A DNA stretch of 64,000 nt from Candidatus Latescibacterota bacterium. GTDB taxonomy: Bacteria; Latescibacterota; UBA2968; UBA8231. Under the pieces are notes generated by a model. The model saw only the letters and a list, made by a program, of their open reading frames with translations. It did no database searches and was not told the origin of the DNA. The translations under genes were made by a program, and so were the position numbers. Within the stretch, counting starts at the first letter, position 1, and every line of letters begins with the position of its first letter. This document shows, piece by piece, positions 18,914-28,201 of the stretch. The stretch covers positions 4,736,001 to 4,800,000 of the forward strand of contig CBDCDC010000002.1 of NCBI GenBank assembly GCA_965215195.1. The letters are read 5' to 3'.

Positions 18914-19239
18914 TAGGCCGTTCTCTTTTGTATTTTGGGCCAAATATCATTGGGAAGCCAGCCATCGTATTGGCCTCCAACCATTAAGGGACTAATGACG
19001 AAATGTATCTTGGCTTTAGTAGTATAACGCTCGGCTACTTCGATAAGGGCTTCCTTAATCCGTTTCCACTCTTGCGGACCGGATACCCTAACTATGTAAA
19101 AAGTACTGAGGGGACGAACCCAAGAATAGTCGTCTATACACTCTTTTAGCTGAGCGTTGATCTCGCCCCATCCCTCGCTTTCAGGCCTCCACTCCCCGTC
19201 TGCATCTCGAATATCCCACGACAATATAAAGTGCATCAT
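18913..19239 (-). CDS. Small protein with Cas2-like/ferredoxin-fold pattern
   Basis: FILSWDI...W.RPLSTFYIV...FVIS....Y.GWLP..W pattern; AT-richer codons. Confidence 0.6.
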   Translation of the reverse strand: MMHFILSWDIRDADGEWRPESEGWGEINAQLKECIDDYSWVRPLSTFYIVRVSGPQEWKRIKEALIEVAERYTTKAKIHFVISPLMVGGQYDGWLPNDIWPKIQKRTA

Positions 19240-19266
19240 CTTTCCCCTGTTTTTTGCTGCCGCGCC

Positions 19267-22200
19267 TCACAGCCCAAACCCAAAGTAGAAGCGCCACTTG
19301 TCGATCTCGTCGAGGTTGCCTTCGGAGTCCCTCACGGTCAGGCTGCATTCGGGGTCGGTCGGGTTGCATTCGGACTCTACGTCGCCATTGAACTTGAGCC
19401 ACTTCACCCGCGACGACTCGAGCGGACGCGCCACTTGGAAATAGGCGAACATGGGGATGCGATAAAAGGTAAAAAGCTGTAACCGCAACTCGCCGCCCAC
19501 GTCGGTCAGGAATTGGTCGATGTTGGGCCAAGAGTTCCAACGCTTACCTTTCCAGAAGTCGATGTCCTCAAAGCGCGAAAAGTTGCCCACTGCCCCGGCT
19601 TCGGCGAATAGCTCGGCGTAGAGCTTGGAAAAGTTGAAGTTGATAAAGCGACTGCTGATGCGCTTGAAGATCGGAAACCCGTAGCCGATGCGGGCGTAGA
19701 GCAGCTTGGTGCCCGAGTCGGTGAAATAGGGGTAGCCGCTGAGGAAGTTGCGCCCGCCGATATAGTAGCGCAGGGGCCAGTAGAAGCGGCCCTCAAAGAA
19801 CCCGCCCCCTTCGATAAAGCGCGGCTTGAGGCGGATGTTTTTGTACGCGCCAATTAGCTCAATGTTGAGCGAATTGTTGAACGGCAACTTTATCCGCTCG
19901 TTGTACGCGGCCACGTATTCGTTGACCCGCAGGCGGCGCTCGACGCCGACGAACTGGTCGCGGGGGACTCCATCGGCAGGTGTTTGCTCGGCCAGCGAAT
20001 CGGCCACAGTCGGCATCAGATAGCGATAGACCAAGGCCAAGGAGCGGCCCGACGGGCTGAGCAAGCGGTCGGCCGTGGGATTGATCTTCCGGTAGCGCCA
20101 AGACGCACTCAAAAGGTGCGTGCGAAAAAAGCTGAGGTCGTCGTAGTATCTCAGCGGATCCTCGCTGTCAACCAACAGAGTGTCTTGGCCCAAAAGCGCC
20201 GGGTCTAAACCCAAGGAGTCCGACACATTGACCCCGTCTTGCACCAAATAGATCTGGTTCTTGCTGCGAAAGCGGCGCAACGTCAAGTCCTCGGCGTAGT
20301 TGCGCCATATATAGAGGGCGTTCAACTCGGTGCGCCGGGTCAGCGGCACATCGACGCCCACGGCGAGTTGCCCCAAGACGCTCTTGAGCAAATCTTGGCG
20401 ACTAGTGCCCTGATAGACGTATTGCTGGACGGCCGGGATGAACAAGCTGGTGACCGAATCGACCGGGACCGGATAGAGATCGGCCACCTCGAGCGTATCG
20501 GCTTCGATCTGACTGGCCTTGAGCAGGTTGTCAATCTCGCGCCGCCGGCCCGCTATGTAAAACGAGGGGTTGAAGGTCCGGTTGTTGCCCACCTGTGGCC
20601 GGAGCCGGCGCTCGTAGAAGAAACCGACATCCGTATTGAGATCGGTGGCGTCGCGCATGTTCTTGCCGACAATACCCCAAGCCGTCAGCTCTTGGCCGCC
20701 GAGCATGTCCCCGGTGGTAAACTGCAAGCCGCCGCTGGCTTGATTGAGGCCAAAGGTGTTGCCGACAAACGTGGGGCCAACCTGTAGAATCGGGATGTAG
20801 CGCAAGACGCTGCGCCCCCGGTATGGCGCGACCCGGTACTGGTCGGCGAGCTTGGGGCCGTCGAAGATGGAGCGATAGTCGCGCCTAGCTACCGGCTCGA
20901 AGTGCGCATCGCGCTCGAATTCGCCCATCTCGAAGCGATAGAGACTATAGTCGTTGGAGTAGTAGCCACTGTACACCACGCGCTCGTCAGCGGCTACAGT
21001 CGGCACAAAAGCCCCGCCGATGACGTTGGTTAGCTGCTCGACTTCGCGGTTTTCCAAGCGATAGCGGTAGATGTTAAAAATGCCGCTCTGGTCCGACGAA
21101 AACACAAAACCCGAGCCATCGGGCAGCCAGCATGGATCGCGCTCATCGGCCGGCGAGGCAACGACCGCACGAAACCCCGACGAGTCGGGATGCGCGAAGG
21201 CAACCGTATCGGGAAAGACGTCGATGGTTTCCTCTTCTTCTTCGTCGTCGTCTTTGCTCTTCTCCTTGGCCTTCTCAAAGGTCTTTGGCCGCGGCGGGCT
21301 AGCGGCGCGGATCATCGCAATGTCGCGGTCCTCGCCGCGAAACACGCTGAAGAGCAGCCACTCGCCGTCGGGCGAAAAGCGCGGCGCACTGTATTGGGTG
21401 GCGTCGTTGTTGTTCGTCAGATAGACCAAGTCCGTGCCGTCGCGAGCTACGAGGCCGAGGTTGTTGGTCCCATCCTCATTGTGTACGAAGGCGATGCGCT
21501 GGCCATCGGGGGAAAACGAGGGGTCTTTGGCGCGCAGCCGCGCGCTGATGCGGTGCTCTTCATCCGCAGCTAAATTGTAGATGTAGAGGTCGTTAAAGCC
21601 GCCCTTGTTGCGGACAAAGACGATCTCCTCCCCGTCGGGTGACCAGCCAATTCGCGTATCTATCCAGCCTTTGAGCTCGGTCTTTTTTTGCGTCTCAAAA
21701 TCGTAGATCTTGAGGGCCGTGATCGCGAAATCCCGCTTTTCGCTGGTGAGGTACGCCAGTTTTTTGCCGTCCGGCGACAGCGCGGGATGGTATTCGAGTA
21801 CGCCCTCGTTGACCTCGTCCAGCGGCACACCCTCAAAGAAGCCCCGCCCGCGGATCTCGGATTCGAGGCGGCCGTAGTTCTCGGCCAAGAAGGCGACCCA
21901 ATCCGCGTAAAACTGGTCGGCGGAAATGCCCAACACCCGGCGAATGGCCGGGTCGAAGCTCAGCGACCCAACCTGATGCGTCAGTTCATCGACCTTCTCG
22001 GCGCCGTACTGCTGATGGAGGTACACCATCATTGCGTAGCCCTGATTGTACACGAACTCGCCGTAGAACTTGCCCGTGCGATCCCAGACCGTCCCCATCT
22101 CCTCCCACGAGAGCAGATCGTCTTCTATCACCGCCATCCGCAGCAACATGTCGCGGTGCGAATCCCAAGAGTCATAGCCGAATTTGTGGGCCCCGTACTG

Positions 22201-22707
22201 GGCGATGCCCTCGGTCCAACCGCGCGGGGTGTTGAGATGGTACAGGGGGAACTGAAACGCAATGTCTGGATTGGAGTCGAAGCGCGAAACCGAGAGCAAC
22301 GCGAACTGGAAGGGCCATTTCTTGCGCGCCTTGTTGAGCGTAATGATGTGCGTCAGCTCGTGCGCGACCACGTTTTTGATCCAATCGTGACTGCCGCGCA
22401 ACTCAAAGTCGAGGCTAGTGGCCCAAATGGCCATGGTATTGCTGTAGTAGTTGGCCCAGCCATTGCCCAGCACGTCGGAGTTGTCGAGGACGATGACGTG
22501 GATGGTGCGAAAATCATCGTAGTAGTCGTAGGCTGCCGCCAAGGTAGGGAAGACCTCCTCGCAGGTTTCGGCCACTCGGCGCGCTGTGCCCTCGGCCCCA
22601 AGCGGGAAGTGGACCCGGAAGTGATCTGTGACGATGGTCTGTAGCTGGGCCTGGGCCGCTCCGGCGAGGAACAGCGCGGCAATGGCGGAAAAAGTCGCTC
22701 GGCGCAA
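19267..22707 (-). CDS. Exported fusion: zincin peptidase-like domain + TolB-like propellers + C-terminal outer-membrane barrel
   Basis: Signal peptide from TTG 22707, HELTH...TEG, repeated P..SPDG (PD40), terminal WRFYFGFGL. Confidence 0.8.
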   Translation of the reverse strand: MRRATFSAIAALFLAGAAQAQLQTIVTDHFRVHFPLGAEGTARRVAETCEEVFPTLAAAYDYYDDFRTIHVIVLDNSDVLGNGWANYYSNTMAIWATSLDFELRGSHDWIKNVVAHELTHIITLNKARKKWPFQFALLSVSRFDSNPDIAFQFPLYHLNTPRGWTEGIAQYGAHKFGYDSWDSHRDMLLRMAVIEDDLLSWEEMGTVWDRTGKFYGEFVYNQGYAMMVYLHQQYGAEKVDELTHQVGSLSFDPAIRRVLGISADQFYADWVAFLAENYGRLESEIRGRGFFEGVPLDEVNEGVLEYHPALSPDGKKLAYLTSEKRDFAITALKIYDFETQKKTELKGWIDTRIGWSPDGEEIVFVRNKGGFNDLYIYNLAADEEHRISARLRAKDPSFSPDGQRIAFVHNEDGTNNLGLVARDGTDLVYLTNNNDATQYSAPRFSPDGEWLLFSVFRGEDRDIAMIRAASPPRPKTFEKAKEKSKDDDEEEEETIDVFPDTVAFAHPDSSGFRAVVASPADERDPCWLPDGSGFVFSSDQSGIFNIYRYRLENREVEQLTNVIGGAFVPTVAADERVVYSGYYSNDYSLYRFEMGEFERDAHFEPVARRDYRSIFDGPKLADQYRVAPYRGRSVLRYIPILQVGPTFVGNTFGLNQASGGLQFTTGDMLGGQELTAWGIVGKNMRDATDLNTDVGFFYERRLRPQVGNNRTFNPSFYIAGRRREIDNLLKASQIEADTLEVADLYPVPVDSVTSLFIPAVQQYVYQGTSRQDLLKSVLGQLAVGVDVPLTRRTELNALYIWRNYAEDLTLRRFRSKNQIYLVQDGVNVSDSLGLDPALLGQDTLLVDSEDPLRYYDDLSFFRTHLLSASWRYRKINPTADRLLSPSGRSLALVYRYLMPTVADSLAEQTPADGVPRDQFVGVERRLRVNEYVAAYNERIKLPFNNSLNIELIGAYKNIRLKPRFIEGGGFFEGRFYWPLRYYIGGRNFLSGYPYFTDSGTKLLYARIGYGFPIFKRISSRFINFNFSKLYAELFAEAGAVGNFSRFEDIDFWKGKRWNSWPNIDQFLTDVGGELRLQLFTFYRIPMFAYFQVARPLESSRVKWLKFNGDVESECNPTDPECSLTVRDSEGNLDEIDKWRFYFGFGL

Positions 22708-22865
22708 CGTGTATCCCTTTCGCAAAAAGGCGACCAGCAGCCAATTGCTGGTCGCTCCACAAGTTGTTAGGAAAATACTGGAGGCCGTGCCCCCCGTCAA
22801 ACATCGGCTCTGCACGTGCAATCACGATGGCAGATAGGCCGATCAGGTGCCGCGTAGCTAGGTGC

Positions 22866-24689
22866 TCAGCCAAAAAGAGGAGAACGGTAGGAGGGCTGGT
22901 GGGCAAAGCGCTTCAGTCCAAGGTGCAAGCGGGCCTGGGCCGCTGGTCCCAAATGCACCTCGAGATGCGGGGCTTCTACCTCAATAGACTGATCCTCGCC
23001 ATCTTCATTTTCGAGTTGGGCGCAAGTGAATTGATGCTCGCCAAAGGAGCCAGCTTGCAACAGGACCGGGCGGCCTTCCACCGGGTCCGCATTCACCAGC
23101 GTCAGGCTGACTCCGTCGGCGCTGACCCGATCCACTAGGGCCGCAACGCATTCGGGCAGACCGGGCCGGTGGCGTTGCGGATCGAAATAATGCACATGGG
23201 CTTGCAGCATCCCGCCGTTGTAGATCGCCGCGGGCGTGCCCAAGGCCATCTGGATCAGGGCTTCGGGCAACACCGGGTTGAGCCGCTGGAAGTGATAGCA
23301 CTCGCGCGTCTCGGGATCGCTGTCGTCGCTCTCCAAGCGATTCAGGCTGTGGCAGATGCTGGAGTACGTCGAGTCAATCACCTGATCGACGTAGCCTGCG
23401 TTTTTGCCTTCGATAAAGGCGAACCAAGCCATCGGCGGGCAGATGCCAGCTTTGGCAGCACCCCAGTCGGGAGGCAGACCGGCAAAAGCGGCGCGGTCAG
23501 GGAAAACTTCGTCGAGGCGGGCCAAATCCCGCTCGCTTTGGCTCAAGTAATATAAATGAACGTATAAATAGGGGTCGGGCGGCCGAAAATCAAACCAACC
23601 TTGGTCGCCGTGGCGAGCCGGCACCTTGACGAGGCCGTCCTCCGCGCGCCGCTGTTCCCAGAGCATGTCGAGTTGCGAGCGGGCCAAGTCCAAATGGGAA
23701 TCATCGCCGGTCATGAGCAAGGCGCAACTGCCAGCCACCAAGGCCGGCTCGACGATATTGCGCGCCCCGTGCGGCCAGCGCCAGCCGTAGTATCCGCCCC
23801 ACCACTTGCCGTCCAGCAACTCGCCAATGGTTCCCTGGGGGCCGATATTGTCGGGCATAATGCCGCCGTTGGCCTTGCATCGCTCCTCCCACGCCTGCAA
23901 ATAATCGAGTACCCAGGCTTTGTATTGGTCGTCGCCGGTGTAGAGATAGGCGTTGGTGATCAAGCTGGCGGTGCTCAGGTTGAGGGGCACGTCGCCGCGG
24001 GTCATGCGCTGGTTGATCAAGCCGAGGATCCGGGCGAATACTTCGTCGTCTGTCCAATTGACCTTGAAGAGCGGGTCGGAGTTGTCGGCACCTAAAATAT
24101 CCTCAAAGGGGGCCAAGTAGTGGGCCAAGATGGGTCGGTGGTAATCCCAATCGACCTGCGTGGTGACAAAGCGCGGGCCCTTGCTGCCGTTGAGCGGCGA
24201 GCGGATCATTTTGCGCTGGGCGTCCCAATTGGGTGCCAGCGGGTCGGCCCCGGTGTACATGGCGGCGTAGCGCAGGGCGCGGGTGCGGTTGATGTGGTGG
24301 GCGGGATCGGCGAGGGCCAGATAGTAAATGTAAGTATAGCTCTCGGAGTGGTGGAACCAGTCAAAGCCAGTGACAAACTCGCGCTCGACCGTGCCGTAGT
24401 TGGCGTACTGCCAAGTGATGGCGTCCCACTCTTTGCAGGCGATCTGGTAGATGTGCTCGCCGCCGCCGAGCAGGTAAAACAGGGGGAACGAGAGGAAGGC
24501 CTCATAGCCATTGTCCGTGCCATCCATGCTGGTCCACTCCGTGCGCTGGATCAGGGTGCCGTCCGGGCGGGTGCTGTGCTCGACAAAGGGACGGGCAGCG
24601 CGATCCATCAGGGCGATCAAGTCGCGTTGGCGCACGGCCCAATGAGGCGGGTTTTGGCGAGTCTTAGCGGCAATAGATACGCGGGTCAT
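22866..24689 (-). CDS. Hypothetical 607-aa protein, probable helical-barrel enzyme
   Basis: Long ORF with RBS AGGAGG; DG.DNGYE, DWFHHSE, IMPDNIG, WWGGYYGW motifs; no family assigned. Confidence 0.75.
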   Translation of the reverse strand: MTRVSIAAKTRQNPPHWAVRQRDLIALMDRAARPFVEHSTRPDGTLIQRTEWTSMDGTDNGYEAFLSFPLFYLLGGGEHIYQIACKEWDAITWQYANYGTVEREFVTGFDWFHHSESYTYIYYLALADPAHHINRTRALRYAAMYTGADPLAPNWDAQRKMIRSPLNGSKGPRFVTTQVDWDYHRPILAHYLAPFEDILGADNSDPLFKVNWTDDEVFARILGLINQRMTRGDVPLNLSTASLITNAYLYTGDDQYKAWVLDYLQAWEERCKANGGIMPDNIGPQGTIGELLDGKWWGGYYGWRWPHGARNIVEPALVAGSCALLMTGDDSHLDLARSQLDMLWEQRRAEDGLVKVPARHGDQGWFDFRPPDPYLYVHLYYLSQSERDLARLDEVFPDRAAFAGLPPDWGAAKAGICPPMAWFAFIEGKNAGYVDQVIDSTYSSICHSLNRLESDDSDPETRECYHFQRLNPVLPEALIQMALGTPAAIYNGGMLQAHVHYFDPQRHRPGLPECVAALVDRVSADGVSLTLVNADPVEGRPVLLQAGSFGEHQFTCAQLENEDGEDQSIEVEAPHLEVHLGPAAQARLHLGLKRFAHQPSYRSPLFG

Positions 24690-24731
24690 TTTGGGTTCCT
24701 CCTAGTGTCAGCACCTTGTATGAGAAGCGAA

Positions 24732-25463
24732 TTATTCAGGTCGCAAATCCGTGTACCGCTCTCCCCGTGGCCCTCCTTCTCCGCGCACCAGAAACACTGG
24801 AATTGGATGTTGGTCCATGTCCACCCAGGCCGTATCTGTGCTGCAGTAGCGAATCGTATAACCAGCGCGCCGGCGTCCACTCTCATTGGCCCGGCTGCCG
24901 TGCAGAATATAGGAGTCGTGAATGGATAGACTGCCGGCCTTCATCTCCATCATCACGGCCTGGGCCTCCATCTGGGGAGCGACGCGGACCTTCTTTCTCA
25001 GCATCTCGGTCTCTTCCGCAGGCACGGTTTCCAGCTCCCGGTGGCCCCGGTGCGAGCCGGGTATGATGCGCATGGCGGCATTTTCAGCATCCGCGTCATC
25101 GAGTGCCAACCACACTGTCGCCACATCGGTGCCGTGGACGCTGGGCCAGTAGTTGTTGTCCTGGTGCCAACCCACGCTAGTCCCATCGCCCGGCAGCTTG
25201 ATGAACATGCTCGAATAGACGAGAATCAGGTTGGGACCAAGGACGGCTTCCACCGCGTCGAGCAGGAGCGGATAGCGGCAGACCTCCAGCCAGAACACTT
25301 CCTTGGTGTGCGGCTCGCCGTAGTATTGATCGCGGTCGAGAAAACCCGCGCGGACGCCCATGTCCAGCGAATGCTGCATAGCTTCGACTTCGTCCAGCCC
25401 GAAAATATCGGGAAAAAAGCAATAGCCTTCGGCGGCAAAGCGCCCGGCGTCGGTATTCAGCAC
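24732..25463 (-). CDS. PhyH-family Fe(II)/2-oxoglutarate dioxygenase
   Basis: WHQD, WLALDDA, IPGSH, HGS..N.S..RR. Confidence 0.9.
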   Translation of the reverse strand: MLNTDAGRFAAEGYCFFPDIFGLDEVEAMQHSLDMGVRAGFLDRDQYYGEPHTKEVFWLEVCRYPLLLDAVEAVLGPNLILVYSSMFIKLPGDGTSVGWHQDNNYWPSVHGTDVATVWLALDDADAENAAMRIIPGSHRGHRELETVPAEETEMLRKKVRVAPQMEAQAVMMEMKAGSLSIHDSYILHGSRANESGRRRAGYTIRYCSTDTAWVDMDQHPIPVFLVRGEGGPRGERYTDLRPE

Positions 25464-25666
25464 AATAAACCCCTTTCAGCTTTGCGGATGAGCCCGCGAG
25501 TCTGCGAAGGCCTCTTTCAAATCCCGTAAACCCGGGCAGCGTTCTCCCCCAGCAGTTTGATCTACCTACGGGAATAGGTACGCAATAACGCACCGATTCA
25601 CCAATTTTGCAACGGCGGCGACCGTGGCCTCAGTGCCGAAGGGCCGCCTATTATTTACAGCGAAAG

Positions 25667-25790
25667 CTAAGTACACGACAGTAGGGCCTTACCCTCGGAT
25701 CGAGGGCATCTTGCCCTCGTCGAGGGCGGGACGCCCTCGATCCCGGACTCATCGCCCATCAACGACAAGTTATTGGTGTCGTGTAGTTAG
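25667..25790. mobile_element. 124-bp MITE-like element
   Basis: TIRs CTAAGTACACGACA (25667-25680) and TGTCGTGTAGTTAG (25777-25790), 13/14 match; flanking 9-bp direct repeat CAGCGAAAG (25658-25666, 25791-25799). Confidence 0.8.
25697..25743. repeat. Inverted pair of REP-like palindromes inside the MITE
   Basis: GGATCGAGGGCATCTTGCCCTCG-T-CGAGGGCGGGACGCCCTCGATCC; halves are reverse complements at 20/23 positions. Confidence 0.8.
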
Positions 25791-25884
25791 CAGCGAAAGT
25801 TAAAGGAGTTGCCGCACAGCGCTTTTTAGCTGTAATTTTCGGCGGTTGCCGGTGCAAACATCAACGGCGCGGCAGTGGGCCACA

Positions 25885-28143
25885 ATGACAATAATAAGGC
25901 AGAGTGCTCTATACGGGGTCCAAGTTGTTGCAGGATATTTTTTTGTTTTGGTAGCCTGTGCAGAGCGAGAGCAGGCGGCCAGCACCCAGCGCATGGCTGA
26001 ACTCCTAGAAGACATAGCCGTCAATGTCGATCCCGCCACGCATCCGTATGTGAATTTGGACCGAGTTGCATATTTCCGCGCTCAGTTGGACCACCTGCGC
26101 CAATCCGGTGCGGCCACCAATCCTCAGGGACGCGAGCAAATCCTGCAAGCGCGCTTTTCCCTTGCCAACGAACTGCTGCAAGCCGGTCAAGCCGATCAAG
26201 CAGTACAGGAGTACCGACAACTGCAGACTGTGGTCCATCATCCTCGGCTGCGGCATTCTCTCCAACTGCTAGTAGGTTTGGCCTATCTCCGTTTGGGGGA
26301 ACAGGAAAACTGCATTGCGCAACACAATATCGACTCTTGTCTAATGCCGATCCGCGGCACTGGAGTGCATCAAATCAAACGCGGATCGAACGCCGCTGTT
26401 GAGGAGTTTTTGGGGGTCCTGAGCAGAAATGCAAGCGATTTGTCGGCTCGTTGGCTACTCAATATCGCCTATATGACGCTGGGGCAGTACCCGGAAAAGG
26501 TGCCGCCGAACTTGCTGATTCCACCCGCAGTATTCACCTCTGACTACGATATTGGGATTTTTCGCGATGTCGCTCCTCAGTTGGGGCTGGATGGGGTGGG
26601 ACTTTCGGGAGGAGCCATTATGGAAGACTTTGACAGCGACGGCTATCTCGACATCGTGGCTTCATCTTGGGGACTGCGCGACCCACTCCGCTACTTCCGC
26701 AACCAAAGAGACGGCACCTTCGCCGATCGCACACAAGCAGCAGGCTTAGAGGGTATTGTGGGTGGTTTGAATATCTGTCAAGCCGACTACGATAATAATG
26801 GCTCTGCGGATGTGCTGGTGTTGCGCGGCGCTTGGCTCGACGAGGGACGCTACCCCAACTCGCTGTTGGCCAATCGGGGGAATGGGCACTTTTTCGATGC
26901 GACCGAGGCGGCCGGCTTGCTTACTTTCCACCCAACGCAGACGGCAGCTTGGGGCGATTTTGACAACGACGGGTGGGTTGACCTATTTGTCGGCAACGAA
27001 TCGCAGGGGCGAGCTACTCATCCGTGCGAGTTGTTCCGCAACAAAGGCGAAGGCTCTGGACGCGGAGTGTCGGCGGTGCGATTCGTCGATGTGGCCGAAA
27101 CAGCGGGACTCGATGTGGTCGGCTGGGTTAAAGGAGTAGTCTGGGGCGACTACAACAACGATGGACAACTGGATCTGTACATCGCGCGTCTGGCACCCAA
27201 AGAGTCCAATCTGCTCTTTCGCAATCAGGGAAGTGGGCGTTTCGTCGATGTGACGGCCATGGCAGGTGTCGCCGGACCGCCCTACAGTTTTCCGACTTGG
27301 TTCTGGGACTACGACAACGACGGGTGGCAGGATCTATTCGTCGCCGGTTTCAAGGGCGAGGTAGCGGACGTGGCGGCCGCTTATTTGAGCTTGCCACACC
27401 GCGCCGAAGAGCCCCGTCTATACCGCAACAACGGCGACGGTACTTTTACCGATGTCACGCGCCAAGTAAGGCTCGACGAGCCCCTCCTAGCCATGGGCAG
27501 CAATTTTGGCGATCTAGACAATGACGGGTACCAAGATTGTTACATCGGCACCGGCGACCCGTATATGGCTACACTAGTCCCCAATCGCATGTTCCGCAAT
27601 GCCGACGGCAATTTCTTCCAAGATGTCACCACCTCGGGCGGCTTTGGGCATTTGCAAAAGGGCCACGGCGTGGCTTTTGGCGATATTGACCACGATGGCG
27701 ACCAAGATGTTTTTGCAGTCATTGGCGGGGCTTTTACCGGCGATACCTATCAGAACGTCCTCTTTGCCAATCCGGGTCATGGCAATCATTGGATCAAGCT
27801 CCGGCTCGAGGGCCGGCGGACCAATCGGGCCGCCATTGGAGTACGCGTAAAGGTGAGCGTGAACACCACACATGGCAGCCGCGACATTTATTCCACGGTG
27901 ACCAGCGGGGGCAGTTTTGGTGCTTCCAGCCTGCAATGCGAAATAGGCTTGGGACAGGCTGAGTCTATCGAGGCGCTTGAAATCACCTGGCCCACCAGCG
28001 GGGAAGTGCAGGTTTTCAACGATATCGAAATGGACCAAAGTATATACATCCGCGAAGGGGATTCGCGTCCGACTCGCCGGCAATTCAAATCTTTCGCCAT
28101 GGCCCCGGGCAACGGGTCGGACGGGATGGCACACACCCACTAG
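25885..28143 (+). CDS. CRTAC1-family protein (FG-GAP repeats, ASPIC/UnbV) with helical N-terminus, probable lipoprotein
   Basis: LVAC lipobox-like, many D(Y/F)DNDG..D repeats, NRAAIG.RV, GGSFG.S. Confidence 0.88.
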   Translation: MTIIRQSALYGVQVVAGYFFVLVACAEREQAASTQRMAELLEDIAVNVDPATHPYVNLDRVAYFRAQLDHLRQSGAATNPQGREQILQARFSLANELLQAGQADQAVQEYRQLQTVVHHPRLRHSLQLLVGLAYLRLGEQENCIAQHNIDSCLMPIRGTGVHQIKRGSNAAVEEFLGVLSRNASDLSARWLLNIAYMTLGQYPEKVPPNLLIPPAVFTSDYDIGIFRDVAPQLGLDGVGLSGGAIMEDFDSDGYLDIVASSWGLRDPLRYFRNQRDGTFADRTQAAGLEGIVGGLNICQADYDNNGSADVLVLRGAWLDEGRYPNSLLANRGNGHFFDATEAAGLLTFHPTQTAAWGDFDNDGWVDLFVGNESQGRATHPCELFRNKGEGSGRGVSAVRFVDVAETAGLDVVGWVKGVVWGDYNNDGQLDLYIARLAPKESNLLFRNQGSGRFVDVTAMAGVAGPPYSFPTWFWDYDNDGWQDLFVAGFKGEVADVAAAYLSLPHRAEEPRLYRNNGDGTFTDVTRQVRLDEPLLAMGSNFGDLDNDGYQDCYIGTGDPYMATLVPNRMFRNADGNFFQDVTTSGGFGHLQKGHGVAFGDIDHDGDQDVFAVIGGAFTGDTYQNVLFANPGHGNHWIKLRLEGRRTNRAAIGVRVKVSVNTTHGSRDIYSTVTSGGSFGASSLQCEIGLGQAESIEALEITWPTSGEVQVFNDIEMDQSIYIREGDSRPTRRQFKSFAMAPGNGSDGMAHTH

Positions 28144-28201
28144 CCTCCCCCGGCCCGTTCGGCAAGACTCGCGATGCTCTTTAAGAGAGGATAATTGCTC
28201 C

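Noticed and set aside
18913-19239. CRISPR-Cas locus suggested by the Cas2-like protein
   Set aside because: No repeat-spacer array, cas1 or other cas genes seen
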